64,000 bases of DNA from an uncultured Gammaproteobacteria bacterium (GCA_965231125.1 OZ246414.1:448137-512136), one strand, 5' to 3'. Positions 46,769 through 56,987 are shown, counted from the stretch's first letter. Translations and numbers: made by a program. The notes: generated from the sequence alone by a model not told the origin.

Positions 46769-48185
46769 GGATGGAAAACCGAAGGAGGAGTGCGGGGTAT
46801 TTGGTATTTACGCTCCGGGTGAAGATGTTGCAAAGCTTACTTTCTTTGGTCTTTTTACTTTGCAGCATCGTGGTCAAGAAAGTGCCGGTATTGGTGTCCT
46901 GGATGGAAAAAGATACTCACTTTACAAAAAAATGGGCCTAGTGAACCAGGTTTTTAATGAGGAGAAAATTTCCCGGTTAAAAGGGCACATAGCGGTAGGG
47001 CATAATCGCTACTCCACTACTGGAACTAGTAATATAAAAAATGCTGGGCCTTTTGTTTCACATCGAAAAAAAGAAACTTTTATCGTGGCTCACAACGGTA
47101 ATATTGTGAACGCGAACCAGCTGCAGAAAGTTTTAGAAGAAAAAGGGGTCAAGTTCAAATCCACTTGCGATAGTGAGGTTATTTCTGCTCTTATCGCGGA
47201 TGCGAAGCATAAAAATCCTGTCAAAAGAATATTTTCAACCATGTACAAAATGAATGGTGCTTACAGTTTAGTCGTCGGTACTAAAAACGAACTTATCGGT
47301 GTTAGGGATCCGCTCGGTTTTCGACCTCTTTGTTTAGGAAAACTAAACGGTTGGTATGTATTAGCTTCAGAATCTTGCGCCTTTCCGGAAATAGGAGCAA
47401 AACTTATTCGAGATATTGAGCCAGGGGAGGTGGTTGTTATTAATGATAAAGGTTTGAAATCGTACAAATTCAGTTCCAAAAAGAGAGCAAGTTTTTGTAT
47501 TTTCGAGTATGTGTACTTAGCTCGTCCTGATTCAACTCTAAACGCCCGATCCGTCTATTTAACAAGGGAGAGGTTAGGAAAGTTGCTAGCGCAAGAACAC
47601 CCGGCTAAAGCGGACATTGTTATACCCGTTCCGGATTCTGGTGTACCGGCCGCAATTGGCTACTCGCAAGAGTCAGGAATTCCTTACCGCGAAGGGCTAA
47701 TAAAAAATCGTTACATCGCCAGAACCTTTATATTTCCGGACCAAAGAATGAGAGATTTGGGGGTAAAGATGAAACTGTCTCCACTTGGTGAGGTTGTTTC
47801 CGGGAAGAGAGTAGTTTTGATCGATGATTCAATCGTTCGTGGAACTACATCACTGAAAATAGTAAGGTTATTAAAAGAAGCTGGTGCTAGACAGGTGCAT
47901 GTCAGGATTACATCCCCGCCCATGAAGAATCCTTGCTACTATGGGGTAGATATGCCCAAAAAAGAGGACTTTATCGCTGATGGTAATGATATTGAAGATA
48001 TTAGGAAGGAAATAGAGGCGGATTCGTTAGGGTATCTATCTGTTAAAAACATGGTTAAGGCGACGGGGCTGCCGGAAAACTTTTTCTGTACCGCTTGCTT
48101 TACTGGACGCTACCCTTTAAAGGGAAATTATCTTGGCGAACTATCCAAAGAAGTATTAGAAAAAGCTACTGTTAAAACTAGTTAG
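46755..48185 (+). CDS. purF: amidophosphoribosyltransferase
   Basis: CGVFGIY Ntn glutaminase start, PRTase domain (VLIDDSIVRGTT). Confidence 0.9.
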   Translation: MPMLEDGKPKEECGVFGIYAPGEDVAKLTFFGLFTLQHRGQESAGIGVLDGKRYSLYKKMGLVNQVFNEEKISRLKGHIAVGHNRYSTTGTSNIKNAGPFVSHRKKETFIVAHNGNIVNANQLQKVLEEKGVKFKSTCDSEVISALIADAKHKNPVKRIFSTMYKMNGAYSLVVGTKNELIGVRDPLGFRPLCLGKLNGWYVLASESCAFPEIGAKLIRDIEPGEVVVINDKGLKSYKFSSKKRASFCIFEYVYLARPDSTLNARSVYLTRERLGKLLAQEHPAKADIVIPVPDSGVPAAIGYSQESGIPYREGLIKNRYIARTFIFPDQRMRDLGVKMKLSPLGEVVSGKRVVLIDDSIVRGTTSLKIVRLLKEAGARQVHVRITSPPMKNPCYYGVDMPKKEDFIADGNDIEDIRKEIEADSLGYLSVKNMVKATGLPENFFCTACFTGRYPLKGNYLGELSKEVLEKATVKTS

Positions 48186-48232
48186 TAGGGTTTTTGCTTA
48201 GAAATACTTTGGGTAAGATGCAGACAAATCAG

Positions 48233-48261
48233 TTGAATGCGACTCGAAGTTGTCCTACAAT
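48233..48261 (+). promoter_or_regulatory. internal sigma70-like promoter before purL
   Basis: TTGAAT at 48233-38, 17-nt spacer, TACAAT at 48256-61. Confidence 0.35.
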
Positions 48262-48297
48262 ATTGTTATTTAAACTGCTCCAGGGAGCGGTTTTTTT

Positions 48298-51138
48298 ATG
48301 AAGATTTTTAAAGTATACGTTGGCCCAAAAGAAGGTTCGAACTGGCAGCTTGAAAAAGATGTAGAAAACCTGGGCATAAAAGGAATTGGCCAAATAAATA
48401 AGTTTACCGTGTATTGGATTACGGGTTTAACTGAAAAAGAATTAGTAAAATTGGCGACTGGTGTGCTTCATAACGATATTACCCAACAGTATTTTCTAAA
48501 TAATATCCCGAGAGAATTAACTAAAAAAGCTGTAAAAGTTGAGACAGTATCAAACCTAGGGGTTATCGACCCTCGCGAGGACAGTTTAAAAAAAGCAGCT
48601 GCAGATTTAGGCGTAAAAACACAAGTAGGAGTAAAGTTTGGAAATCTTTATTTGTTATACGGAAAAGTTGGTAAGAAGGCTCTTGCAGTAATTAAAGAGA
48701 GGCTTTTAATGAAAAAAATAATTGAACACGAGGTTGCAGCCGGTGAAAAGACCTTTGTGAAAGTCCCGAAATACAAGTTCAAATTAGTAAAAGTTCCAAT
48801 TTTACAAGCAGGTGATAAAAAACTTATGGAACTGTCTTCTAGAGGAGGTTTGTCTTTAAACTTGGAGGAAATGAAAGCAGTTAAAAATTACTTTTATGGC
48901 TTGTCTAGGAACCCTACTGACATAGAACTCGAAACTATCGCTCAGACTTGGTCGGAACACTGTAGCCATAAAAGCCTGAAAGGTTTAGTTATTCATAACG
49001 GCAAAAGAATCGATAATCTTTTAAAATCTTTAATTATAGATCCGTCTAATAAGCTTAATAAAAAACATGTAGTTTCGGCTTTTAAGGACAATGCCGGTGG
49101 TATTGAGATTGGGGATAAGGTGGTTTGTATCAAGGTTGAAACTCATAACCATCCATCAGCAATAGAGCCAGTTGGTGGTTCCGAAACTGGGGTAGGGGGA
49201 GTTATTCGCGACATACTTGGTTTTGGGAAAGGGGCAAAGCCGATATCCAGTATAGTTTGCTTCGGAGTTGGTCCGCAAAATATCAGCTACAACGAACTTT
49301 CTAAGGGTGTTTTACATCCTAAAGCTATTCTTTCTGGTGTGGTGGCCGGGACTAAGAGTTATGGGAACCAAATGGGTATTCCAACGGATTTTTTTCAAGA
49401 CTCTTTAATAGTTCACGAAGATTACGTTGGAAATCCGCTGGTATACTGCGGTACAATCGGTGTTGCTGAAAAGTCGCAGGCTAAAAAGACTCCGCCCAAA
49501 AAAGGGGATCTGGTCTTTCTTTTAGGGGGTTTTACTGGTAGGGATGGTGTTCAAGGGGCGACTTTTTCTTCTTCTAGTCTTCATGAAAAATCAGAAAAGA
49601 TTTCTTCCCAGGCCGTCCAAATTGGTGATGCCATAATGGAAAAAAAGGTTCTTGATGCAATTTTAGAAATTGAGAATAAGCGTCTTTCTACCTGGGTAAC
49701 AGATTGTGGTGGTGGTGGTCTTTCTTCGGCTGTTGGAGAAACCGGTGCAGATATCGGCGTTAGAGTTAATTTAGAAAAAGTACCCAAAAAATATGATGGT
49801 CTGTCTTACACGGAAATTTGGATATCAGAGTCTCAAGAAAGAATGATTGTAGTTGGTAAAATTAAAAATAAAAGTAAAATTTTCGCAATTTGCGAAAGAC
49901 ATAGTGTGCCGGTCACTGTAATCGGAGAGTTCACCGGGAAGAAGAGATTGGAGCTATATTATTCTGGAAAGAAAGTTGCGGATTTAAGTATGAGTTTTCT
50001 TTATGGTGGCTGCCCAAGACTGGAAAGAAGTTCGTTTTGGAAGGAAAAATTTTTTACTCCCCAAAAGAACCTTAAAACAGATTTGTCCAGCACCTTATTA
50101 AAATTGCTAGGAAACCCCGATATTGCTTCTAAACAGGTTTTAGCACATCAATATGACTACACAGTTCAAGGCGCAACTGTCCAAGGTCCGCTAATTGGCC
50201 CAAAAGAAAATGTTCATTCAGATGTTACTATCAGGCAAATTAGTCCTTTTTCTAAGGTAGGAGTCGTGGCCTCAATTTCTGTTAATCCGCACCTGACAAA
50301 GCTTAACCCAAGGAAGATGTCACATTGGGTTATCGTTCAGTCTTTGGCAAAACTTGCAGCTTGCGGGGCGGACATAGATAAGGCGGTTCTTTTAGATAAT
50401 TTTTCTTGGGCCGCGCCGTCCAAACCGGAAGTCTTGGGTGAGCTTGTCGAATCCTTAGCCGGTTGTGAAGAGGCAATTAGAATTCTTAAAGTGCCTTTTA
50501 TATCTGGTAAGGATTCTTTAAATAACGAATATAAAGTTGGTAAAAAAGAAATTCCCATACCTGGGACTTTACTTATAACGGGAGTTGCGCCGATTAAAGA
50601 TGTTAGCAGCTTCACCGCATCCAGTTTTTCTGAGAAGGGGAATCTAGTTTGCCTCGTTGGTTCGGGAGACGGTTCTATGGGTGGGTCATATTTTAACCGC
50701 CTGCACAGTTACGCAAGTGATAAACCAGCCGAGATCGACCTTTTTTACGCCAAAGAACTGTTAACTAAAATCTCTAAGGCAACTGGATCGGGTCTTACTC
50801 AGGCTGCTCTCGCTATCGGAAAGGGAGGATTAGGAGTTGCCTTGGCGAAGATGTGTCTAGGGGGCAATTTAGGAATAAAGATAGATCTGGCAAGGTTGTC
50901 CAGAGGCAGTTTCTTGAATGATGGGCGAATCCTGTTTTCGGAATCCGGTTTACGGTTTGTTTTAGAAGTACGGGAAGAAAATTTCGCAAAGATAAAGAAA
51001 TATTTTGGAGATTTAAATTTTGAAGGAGTCGGTGAGATAACCGAAAAAGATTTTAAAATAAAATTATCAAATCAATCAATAAATCAAGACCTGGCTAGTA
51101 TTGAAGAAAGTTATAGTAAAGTTTTTAGTAAAATATGA
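48298..51138 (+). CDS. purL: phosphoribosylformylglycinamidine synthase II (PurL) with a roughly 190-aa PurS-like N-terminal extension
   Basis: ETHNHPSAIEP..GVGGVIRD PurL core begins near residue 280; N-terminal MKIFKVYVGPKEG... resembles PurS; 946 aa. Confidence 0.8.
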   Translation: MKIFKVYVGPKEGSNWQLEKDVENLGIKGIGQINKFTVYWITGLTEKELVKLATGVLHNDITQQYFLNNIPRELTKKAVKVETVSNLGVIDPREDSLKKAAADLGVKTQVGVKFGNLYLLYGKVGKKALAVIKERLLMKKIIEHEVAAGEKTFVKVPKYKFKLVKVPILQAGDKKLMELSSRGGLSLNLEEMKAVKNYFYGLSRNPTDIELETIAQTWSEHCSHKSLKGLVIHNGKRIDNLLKSLIIDPSNKLNKKHVVSAFKDNAGGIEIGDKVVCIKVETHNHPSAIEPVGGSETGVGGVIRDILGFGKGAKPISSIVCFGVGPQNISYNELSKGVLHPKAILSGVVAGTKSYGNQMGIPTDFFQDSLIVHEDYVGNPLVYCGTIGVAEKSQAKKTPPKKGDLVFLLGGFTGRDGVQGATFSSSSLHEKSEKISSQAVQIGDAIMEKKVLDAILEIENKRLSTWVTDCGGGGLSSAVGETGADIGVRVNLEKVPKKYDGLSYTEIWISESQERMIVVGKIKNKSKIFAICERHSVPVTVIGEFTGKKRLELYYSGKKVADLSMSFLYGGCPRLERSSFWKEKFFTPQKNLKTDLSSTLLKLLGNPDIASKQVLAHQYDYTVQGATVQGPLIGPKENVHSDVTIRQISPFSKVGVVASISVNPHLTKLNPRKMSHWVIVQSLAKLAACGADIDKAVLLDNFSWAAPSKPEVLGELVESLAGCEEAIRILKVPFISGKDSLNNEYKVGKKEIPIPGTLLITGVAPIKDVSSFTASSFSEKGNLVCLVGSGDGSMGGSYFNRLHSYASDKPAEIDLFYAKELLTKISKATGSGLTQAALAIGKGGLGVALAKMCLGGNLGIKIDLARLSRGSFLNDGRILFSESGLRFVLEVREENFAKIKKYFGDLNFEGVGEITEKDFKIKLSNQSINQDLASIEESYSKVFSKI

Positions 51139-51821
51139 AACCTAAAGCAGCGATTTTATTTACCTCGGGAACAAACTGCGATTTTGAGACATCGTTAGCC
51201 TTCGAACTTGCCGGTGGACAACCTGACTTGGTGCATATGAACGACCTTAAGAATTCGAAAAAGTTAGGGAGGTACCAGATGATTATTATACCGGGAGGTT
51301 TTTCTTACGGAGATCACCTAGGGTCCGCCACTATCTGGGCAAACGAACTGAGGAAAAATTTAGAGGAGCAGATTGCGAGATTTGTACTCTCCGGAAGGTT
51401 AATTATGGGGGTTTGTAATGGGTTTCAAGTGCTTGTAAAACTAGGTATTCTCCCTAATACTGGAAAGGATTTTACAATCGAATCTAGCTTGACGGATAAT
51501 TCATCCGGAAAGTTTGAAAGTCGGTTAGTGAGACTTAAAATAAACCAAAACTCTCCTTGCATGTTTACCAAGGGTATCGATATTATTCAAATGCCAGTGG
51601 CCCACGGTGAAGGAAATTTTGTTCCGAAAGATCTAACAGTCTTTAGTAATATAATTCAAGGGGGACAAATTGCGTTGCAATACGTAGACGATCAAGGATT
51701 GCCGACCGGCACCTACCCAGAAAACCCTAATGGCTCGTTCGCCGCTATTGCTGGTATTTGTGACACAACAGGTAGAGTTTTTGGATTAATGCCGCACGCT
51801 GGCTTACGAGCACCCAGATAG
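51135..51821 (+). CDS. purQ: phosphoribosylformylglycinamidine synthase glutaminase subunit (PurQ); the 3' end runs into the inverted purH copy
   Basis: AAILFTSGTNCDFE, GVCNGFQ, MPH catalytic motifs; the last 8 codons and the stop codon come from the inserted purH-derived segment (...MPHAGLRAPR*). Confidence 0.75.
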   Translation: MKPKAAILFTSGTNCDFETSLAFELAGGQPDLVHMNDLKNSKKLGRYQMIIIPGGFSYGDHLGSATIWANELRKNLEEQIARFVLSGRLIMGVCNGFQVLVKLGILPNTGKDFTIESSLTDNSSGKFESRLVRLKINQNSPCMFTKGIDIIQMPVAHGEGNFVPKDLTVFSNIIQGGQIALQYVDDQGLPTGTYPENPNGSFAAIAGICDTTGRVFGLMPHAGLRAPR

Positions 51822-52088
51822 GCTAGCGCAAATATTGCAACGTCTATGTCCAAAAAATTGTTAAAGGAAAGCTCTTTGCCTTGGATTTTCTTGAATTTTT
51901 GAATTGCAAGAGAGTCTTTTGAATTTTCATTTTGGTAAAAGCTTGCTTTCTGGTGAGGATTTTCACCGTATCTTAACTTTGTTTCTTGAGAGAATTTTAA
52001 ATTTAAAGTCTCAACTTTGGCTTTGTTTTCGAGAAATTCTGCAATCGCACCGTCATATTTTTCCATCAGTTTAAACACTTTCGCCGCT
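51793..52088 (-). repeat. perfect roughly 296-nt inverted copy of internal purH sequence (purH 43636..43932)
   Basis: Exact match on the opposite strand; the antisense ORF 51713..52132 reproduces PurH residues AKVFKLM...ARKPAC verbatim; AATG-N-CGCAC microhomology at the left junction. Confidence 0.8.
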
Positions 52089-52877
52089 GAAAAACACGAC
52101 ACAATTGGGGTTGATTTAGTCGCGATGTGCACTAACGATCTAGTACGTTATGGGGTTCGTCCTCTTACATTTTCCTTATACCGGGCTACAAGTAAAATAG
52201 ACAGAAAAATTTTTCAGCAAGTAGTAAAAGGAGTGGTTAAGGGATGTAAGGAGTCTTCCTGCGTTTATATCTCCGGCGAAACAGCCGAGATGCCGGGATT
52301 TTACAAAAAAGATGAGTACGACCTTGCCGGTTTTGCGACCGGTGTGTTTGACCAGGGGAAGCTTATATCCGGGAAGAAAGTACGGGCAGGGGACAAAATA
52401 GTTGGTATAGCGTCAAACGGCCTTCACAGTAATGGGTTCTCGTTAGTTAGAAAAGTTTTCCCACCTCTTAAAATAAGAAAAGATAAGACTCTACTAAAAG
52501 AAATTCTTAAACCGACTCGTATATACGTAAGGACCGTGTTGAGTTTAATGACAAAGTTTGACATTCACGCTGCTGCTCATATAACTGGCGGTGGAGTTTT
52601 TGGAAAGCTGAGTAAAGTCGTTCCGGATGCTCTGACTGCTTCGTTGGAGAGAGACTCCTGGAGTCTGCCCAGTATCTTTAAACTGATTCAAGAGAAAGCC
52701 AATGTCTCGGAGAAAGAAATGTTTTCTACGTTTAACATGGGGTTGGGTATGGTTTTAATTGTTCCTAGAGACCAAGCAATTAAAGTTAGGCAGTTTCTGG
52801 AGAAAAATGGAGAAGCCGCTTTCTTAATTGGCGAAGTTAGGGGTGGTGCCGGCAAAGAAAAGGTAAAGTTAATTTAA
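52017..52877 (+). pseudogene. purM: phosphoribosylformylglycinamidine cyclo-ligase (PurM), 5' end replaced by the inverted purH segment
   Basis: From 52089 the frame encodes PurM from about residue 85 onward (HDTIGVDLVAMCTNDL..., C-terminal PurM domain); the first 24 codons of the ORF are the antisense of purH. Confidence 0.6.
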
Positions 52878-52916
52878 TCCTTGCTCGGTAGATACCACTT
52901 TGCTAAACTGTCCTAC

Positions 52917-54194
52917 ATGAGTCTCGATCTTTTAAAAATAAGTGCTAATACAATTGCCCAAATTATTTCCCGGGCGACCTCTACAGCCTCAACTTTAATA
53001 ATTACTCTTTTAATAACCCACACACTTACTAAAGCTGACTTAGGTATTTTCATTACAATAACTTCTTACGTTGCTTTGTTTTATGTAATAGCGGATTTTG
53101 GTTTAAACGGAGTTTTAATTCGCGAAGCTGCGGGTGATGAGAGGAAAATATCAGACTATTTTGCCAGTTTAGTATCTCTCAGATTGATTCTCTCGATTAT
53201 TACCGTGTTCATTGCTTTGTCAGTCCTTGGTTTTACACACCATTCGGCTTTTATTAAACTAGGGATAATTATCTCCACAGTTAGTATAGTTACCACCTCA
53301 GTTTTTAATACGAGTTTAGCTATCTTTCAAGCCAAATTAAGATATGACCAAGCCGCAATCGCAGATATATTAGGCAGCATCATGACTCTTGCATCCGCCT
53401 ACCTTTTTATAATCTCACATTTTAGTATAATCTTTGTCGTCGTTGCCTACTTGTTAGGTGGTGCAACAAGAGCTTTAGTCTCTCTTTTTCTTGTTGGCTC
53501 GCAAACAACTGGTACGTTTGTCAAGTTCAACACTAATCTTTGGGGACAGATGTTGCTTATTGCTTTACCAATAGGCGCAACTTTAATTTTCAGCGAATTT
53601 GTCGCTAATATCGATAAGCAAATTGTCTATTTGGCAAACTATCAAGCTAAATTACACCTAAATAATGAAGTTGCGGCCGGTGTTTATGGCCTTGCTTACA
53701 ACGTCTTCGGATTCGGTATAATTCTTCCGGCTTTTTTTGTAAACTCAGTGTACCCACTTTTAATAAGGGATAAGAATGAAAACCTTCCTTTACTCAGAAA
53801 CAACTTTTTTAAATATTCTAAAATGTTAGCTTTTGCGGGTGTTTTAATTACTGTTTTGGTTTTGATATTAAGCCCCCAAATAATTGGTTTGTTTGGAAGT
53901 TATAATCAGTCGATTGGTACTCTTAGGATTTTAAGTCTTGGCTACGTATTCTTTTATATAACACCACTTCTTATGTGGACTGTTATTAGTTTGAATAAGG
54001 AAAAGCTTCTTCCTTTCGTTTATGGTTTTGCGGCTGTCTTTAATCTTGCTACTAATATATATTTTGTTCCAAGATTCGGTTTCAATTCTGCTGCAGTTAT
54101 TACAGTTATCACCGAAGCTTTAATTTTTGTTCTACTTTTTGTAATTATGACCCCATTTTTTAAGTTCAAAGGTGAGGAAAATGCGTCTAGTTAA
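52917..54194 (+). CDS. MOP-superfamily polysaccharide/lipid-II flippase (Wzx/MurJ-like)
   Basis: About 12 TM helices with a Wzx/MurJ-like charged-residue pattern; alternative TTG start at 52881. Confidence 0.5.
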   Translation: MSLDLLKISANTIAQIISRATSTASTLIITLLITHTLTKADLGIFITITSYVALFYVIADFGLNGVLIREAAGDERKISDYFASLVSLRLILSIITVFIALSVLGFTHHSAFIKLGIIISTVSIVTTSVFNTSLAIFQAKLRYDQAAIADILGSIMTLASAYLFIISHFSIIFVVVAYLLGGATRALVSLFLVGSQTTGTFVKFNTNLWGQMLLIALPIGATLIFSEFVANIDKQIVYLANYQAKLHLNNEVAAGVYGLAYNVFGFGIILPAFFVNSVYPLLIRDKNENLPLLRNNFFKYSKMLAFAGVLITVLVLILSPQIIGLFGSYNQSIGTLRILSLGYVFFYITPLLMWTVISLNKEKLLPFVYGFAAVFNLATNIYFVPRFGFNSAAVITVITEALIFVLLFVIMTPFFKFKGEENASS

Positions 54195-55452
54195 ATCCCT
54201 TACGTTTATAACAATTGTCTTTTTACCGACATATGTAATTAGATGTAAAAATTTTTCTTCGTGCCCGTCACCAGTCCCCACAACCTTGTTAGAAATTCTT
54301 ATTTTAACTTCATTTTTTAGTTGGTTCTTTTGGGAATTATATTTAGTAAGATCCGGAAAGGACACATTTTCTAATCTTTTGGATCGTCTAAAAAGTCCGT
54401 TAGATCTACCGCTTATTATTTTTTTGATAGTTGCAACCTTAGCTTTGTTTGCAACACCTGATATTAGGGGAGGTTTGGGTTTTTGGAAAGCTTATTTTGT
54501 TGAAGGAAGCTTAGTTTATGTTGTTGTGACGGATATATCGGTTCGTCAACAGAGTTTCATTTGGGCTCTGCAAGGAATTTTAATCTCTGGGGCCTTAGTT
54601 TCAATTTTCTCCATTTTAAACTTTATTTCTCTAGCGGTACATTTAGGTTTAGCTGGTTTAATAGATACTAGGGTACCTAGCGTTTACGCCTTTGCCAACG
54701 CCGTGCCTTTGTATCTTGGACCAATAATAGGTTTGGCCATTGGACTCGCTTTTTATAAATCTAACGAGCAAAAGAAAAAGGAACTTTTTTATCTGTCTAT
54801 AGTTAGCCTGATTTTAATGATTATTGCGGTGCTACTGAGTCAATCAAAAGGAGGCATCGTTGGTATTTTTTCCGTTTTGGTTGTTTGGGTTGGTTACTTG
54901 ACTTACAAATCTTTGTCAAACAGATTTAAAGTGTATTTTAAGCGTGCTACAGTGCTTTTAGTAATTTTTTACTTTCTGGCTAGCCTTTTAGTTTTCTTAA
55001 ATATTAATGGTTTAGTTCCGGAAAAAAGATTTCCTAGCAACAGCCTTTTGAATCGATACTGTATTTGGCAGGGGGCACGAAATATAATTTCGGACCATCC
55101 ATTAACCGGCACGGGTTTGGGCGGTTTTAGTGTTTATTACGAAAAATATCAAAAAACTGAAGCTAAAACATGTCCAAAAAGTAATTATTTTTATCCTCAC
55201 AATATTCTTCTAACTTTTTGGTCCGAGCTGGGGGCACTGGGTTTACTTGCTTTTCTTTGGCTATCGTTTAATTATATAAAGATAAATTCGGAGGGGAAAA
55301 ATAAATTACTCTCGGTAGGGTTTTTAGCTGCACTAGTTTATATTTTTATTCACGGCTTAGTTGACGTCCCGTTTTTCAAGAACGATCTTAGTGTCCAGTT
55401 TTGGCTGCTCGCTAGTTTTGTTACTCTAAACAGTAAAGTTAAGGAGGTGTAG
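54181..55452 (+). CDS. O-antigen ligase / Wzy_C-domain membrane protein
   Basis: YPHNILLTFWSELGALG matches the Wzy_C HN..L....E.G motif; start placed at the ATG preceded by an AGGTGAGG SD (the ORF track gives GTG at 54172). Confidence 0.6.
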   Translation: MRLVKSLTFITIVFLPTYVIRCKNFSSCPSPVPTTLLEILILTSFFSWFFWELYLVRSGKDTFSNLLDRLKSPLDLPLIIFLIVATLALFATPDIRGGLGFWKAYFVEGSLVYVVVTDISVRQQSFIWALQGILISGALVSIFSILNFISLAVHLGLAGLIDTRVPSVYAFANAVPLYLGPIIGLAIGLAFYKSNEQKKKELFYLSIVSLILMIIAVLLSQSKGGIVGIFSVLVVWVGYLTYKSLSNRFKVYFKRATVLLVIFYFLASLLVFLNINGLVPEKRFPSNSLLNRYCIWQGARNIISDHPLTGTGLGGFSVYYEKYQKTEAKTCPKSNYFYPHNILLTFWSELGALGLLAFLWLSFNYIKINSEGKNKLLSVGFLAALVYIFIHGLVDVPFFKNDLSVQFWLLASFVTLNSKVKEV

Positions 55453-56200
55453 GGGAGTTGTCTTGATTTGAGCCAGATATCACCACACTAATTACAGCTT
55501 TCTTGACATTACCTGCTTTATCAGTCGCTTTTATCTCAAGTTTAGATGTGTTCTTGTTAACCGGGTAGTTGAATTTAAAATGTCCGTTTGGGTTAATAAT
55601 AACTTGCAGATTGTTTATAAAAACGATGGTGTCCTCTTCGGTTGCACCCGCAACAACAATGGAAGTTGTACCCACCGAGAAAACCTGCCCATCTTGAGGT
55701 CGAGTTATTTCTAACGATGGCGCTGTATTATCATAAGTTATGTTTGTAGTCTCTTCAAGTTTATTACCGTAAGTATCCAAAACAAAAACTTTAATTAAAT
55801 TTACTCCTTTTTTAAGTAGTACGTCTTTGAATGTAAAATCTCCGTTTTCGGAAGACTGGCTTTTAAGCACCTCGTTTGGACTTACCAATGTTACTTCCTG
55901 ATTGGGTGAGGTGGAGCCTGACACAGTTATTTTTTCTGAGTTCGTAAAATCTGGAAGAGTATTGATTGAGGGTTTTTCTATTGGAAGGTTTAGAGTCTGC
56001 TGCTGTTGGTCAGATTGTTCTGGTTTAGCCACAAAACCAAGTAGGTTTATGAAACTAGTACCCCAAAACCATAAAACAGCTAAAATTACCGCCGTAGCGA
56101 CAGCTATCATTAATACTCGGCGGCTGGGTAGGTTTTCTTCATCTTTCGCTGATCTTAGATATGTATAATGTGGAACTACGCCACGGGCTCTTTTTTTCAT
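55439..56200 (-). CDS. membrane-anchored surface protein with probable Ig-like beta-sandwich domains
   Basis: N-terminal TM then Thr/Ser/Asn-rich beta-rich domains; start moved to Met23 because the longer ORF overlaps tRNA-Thr. Confidence 0.4.
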   Translation of the reverse strand: MKKRARGVVPHYTYLRSAKDEENLPSRRVLMIAVATAVILAVLWFWGTSFINLLGFVAKPEQSDQQQQTLNLPIEKPSINTLPDFTNSEKITVSGSTSPNQEVTLVSPNEVLKSQSSENGDFTFKDVLLKKGVNLIKVFVLDTYGNKLEETTNITYDNTAPSLEITRPQDGQVFSVGTTSIVVAGATEEDTIVFINNLQVIINPNGHFKFNYPVNKNTSKLEIKATDKAGNVKKAVISVVISGSNQDNSPTPP

Positions 56201-56205
56201 ATTCC

Positions 56206-56280
56206 TGGAGCCGATGAGAGGAGTCGAACCTCCAACCTCTCCCTTACGAAGGGAATGCTCTCCCATTGAGCTACATCGGC
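56206..56280 (-). tRNA. tRNA-Thr (anticodon CGT)
   Basis: Reverse complement folds as GCCGATG acceptor, anticodon loop TTCGTAA, TTCGACT T-loop, CCA encoded. Confidence 0.85.
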
Positions 56281-56336
56281 GCTTCTATATTATAGACTAT
56301 TTAGTAAAAATTTGTGATAATTTCTAAACTTTCATC

Positions 56337-56411
56337 TGGAGCACCTGAGGGGATTCGGACCCCTGGTCTCCTCCTTGGGAAGGAGGCGTGTTGCCGCTAC
56401 ACCACAGGTGC
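56337..56411 (-). tRNA. tRNA-Gly (anticodon CCC)
   Basis: Reverse complement: GCACCTG acceptor, anticodon loop TTCCCAA, CCA encoded. Confidence 0.85.
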
Positions 56412-56456
56412 AACTCGCATTTATTTTAACAAGGAAGCTTTTATAAATCCAGAAGT

Positions 56457-56987
56457 TTATGGGATGTTTAAAACTTGACCGGTTGTGATTAGAGGGTTAC
56501 CGTTTGGAAGCTTGCCTATTTTTCCAAAGTTAGCGTCTCGTATTTTTGTCCAAGAAGAGCCTTTACCGTAAAACTTTAGTGAAATTCCCCACAAAGTATC
56601 GCCTTTTGCGACAGTATATTTTCCATTTGGTGCAATTTTTGGCAAGGAGAGTTTTTGTCCGGGAAAAATAACATTTGGATTTTTTAAGTCATTAGCTGTT
56701 GCTATCGAAGTCCAGCGATACCCATTTTTGTAATTTTTGACGGCAATTTTCCATAGAAAGTCACCCTTTTTTACAGTGTACATTTTAGGAAATTTACCTG
56801 GTTTAACAACCCCCTCTTGTTTACCCTTCTCCTTAACTTTGTTAGTTTGCTGGGATTGATGAGTTACACCTTCTGTTACTTTCCCGGCTTCTTTTCTGCC
56901 AAATATGAAGAAAGCGCCGATGAGAATTAAGACGATTACTATTATGACTATTATAGCTGGCGACCGATTTTTAAAAAGATTTCCCAC
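56457..56987 (-). CDS. LysM-domain peptidoglycan-binding protein (two LysM repeats, N-terminal TM)
   Basis: YTVKKGDFLWKIA...GQKLSLP and YTVAKGDTLWGIS...GQVLNIP LysM signatures. Confidence 0.75.
   Translation of the reverse strand: MGNLFKNRSPAIIVIIVIVLILIGAFFIFGRKEAGKVTEGVTHQSQQTNKVKEKGKQEGVVKPGKFPKMYTVKKGDFLWKIAVKNYKNGYRWTSIATANDLKNPNVIFPGQKLSLPKIAPNGKYTVAKGDTLWGISLKFYGKGSSWTKIRDANFGKIGKLPNGNPLITTGQVLNIP

Noticed and set aside
48270-48297. Possible intrinsic terminator CTGCTCC-AGG-GAGCGG plus T7 before purL
   Set aside because: The stem is at most 4-5 bp with a 2-4 nt loop, and the GGAGCGG is better explained as the purL Shine-Dalgarno; it is not a convincing terminator.
51713-52132. 139-aa ORF on the - strand with a PurH-identical peptide
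   Set aside because: Not an independent gene. It is the antisense reading of the inverted purH copy, with flanking read-through; it is reported as a repeat instead.
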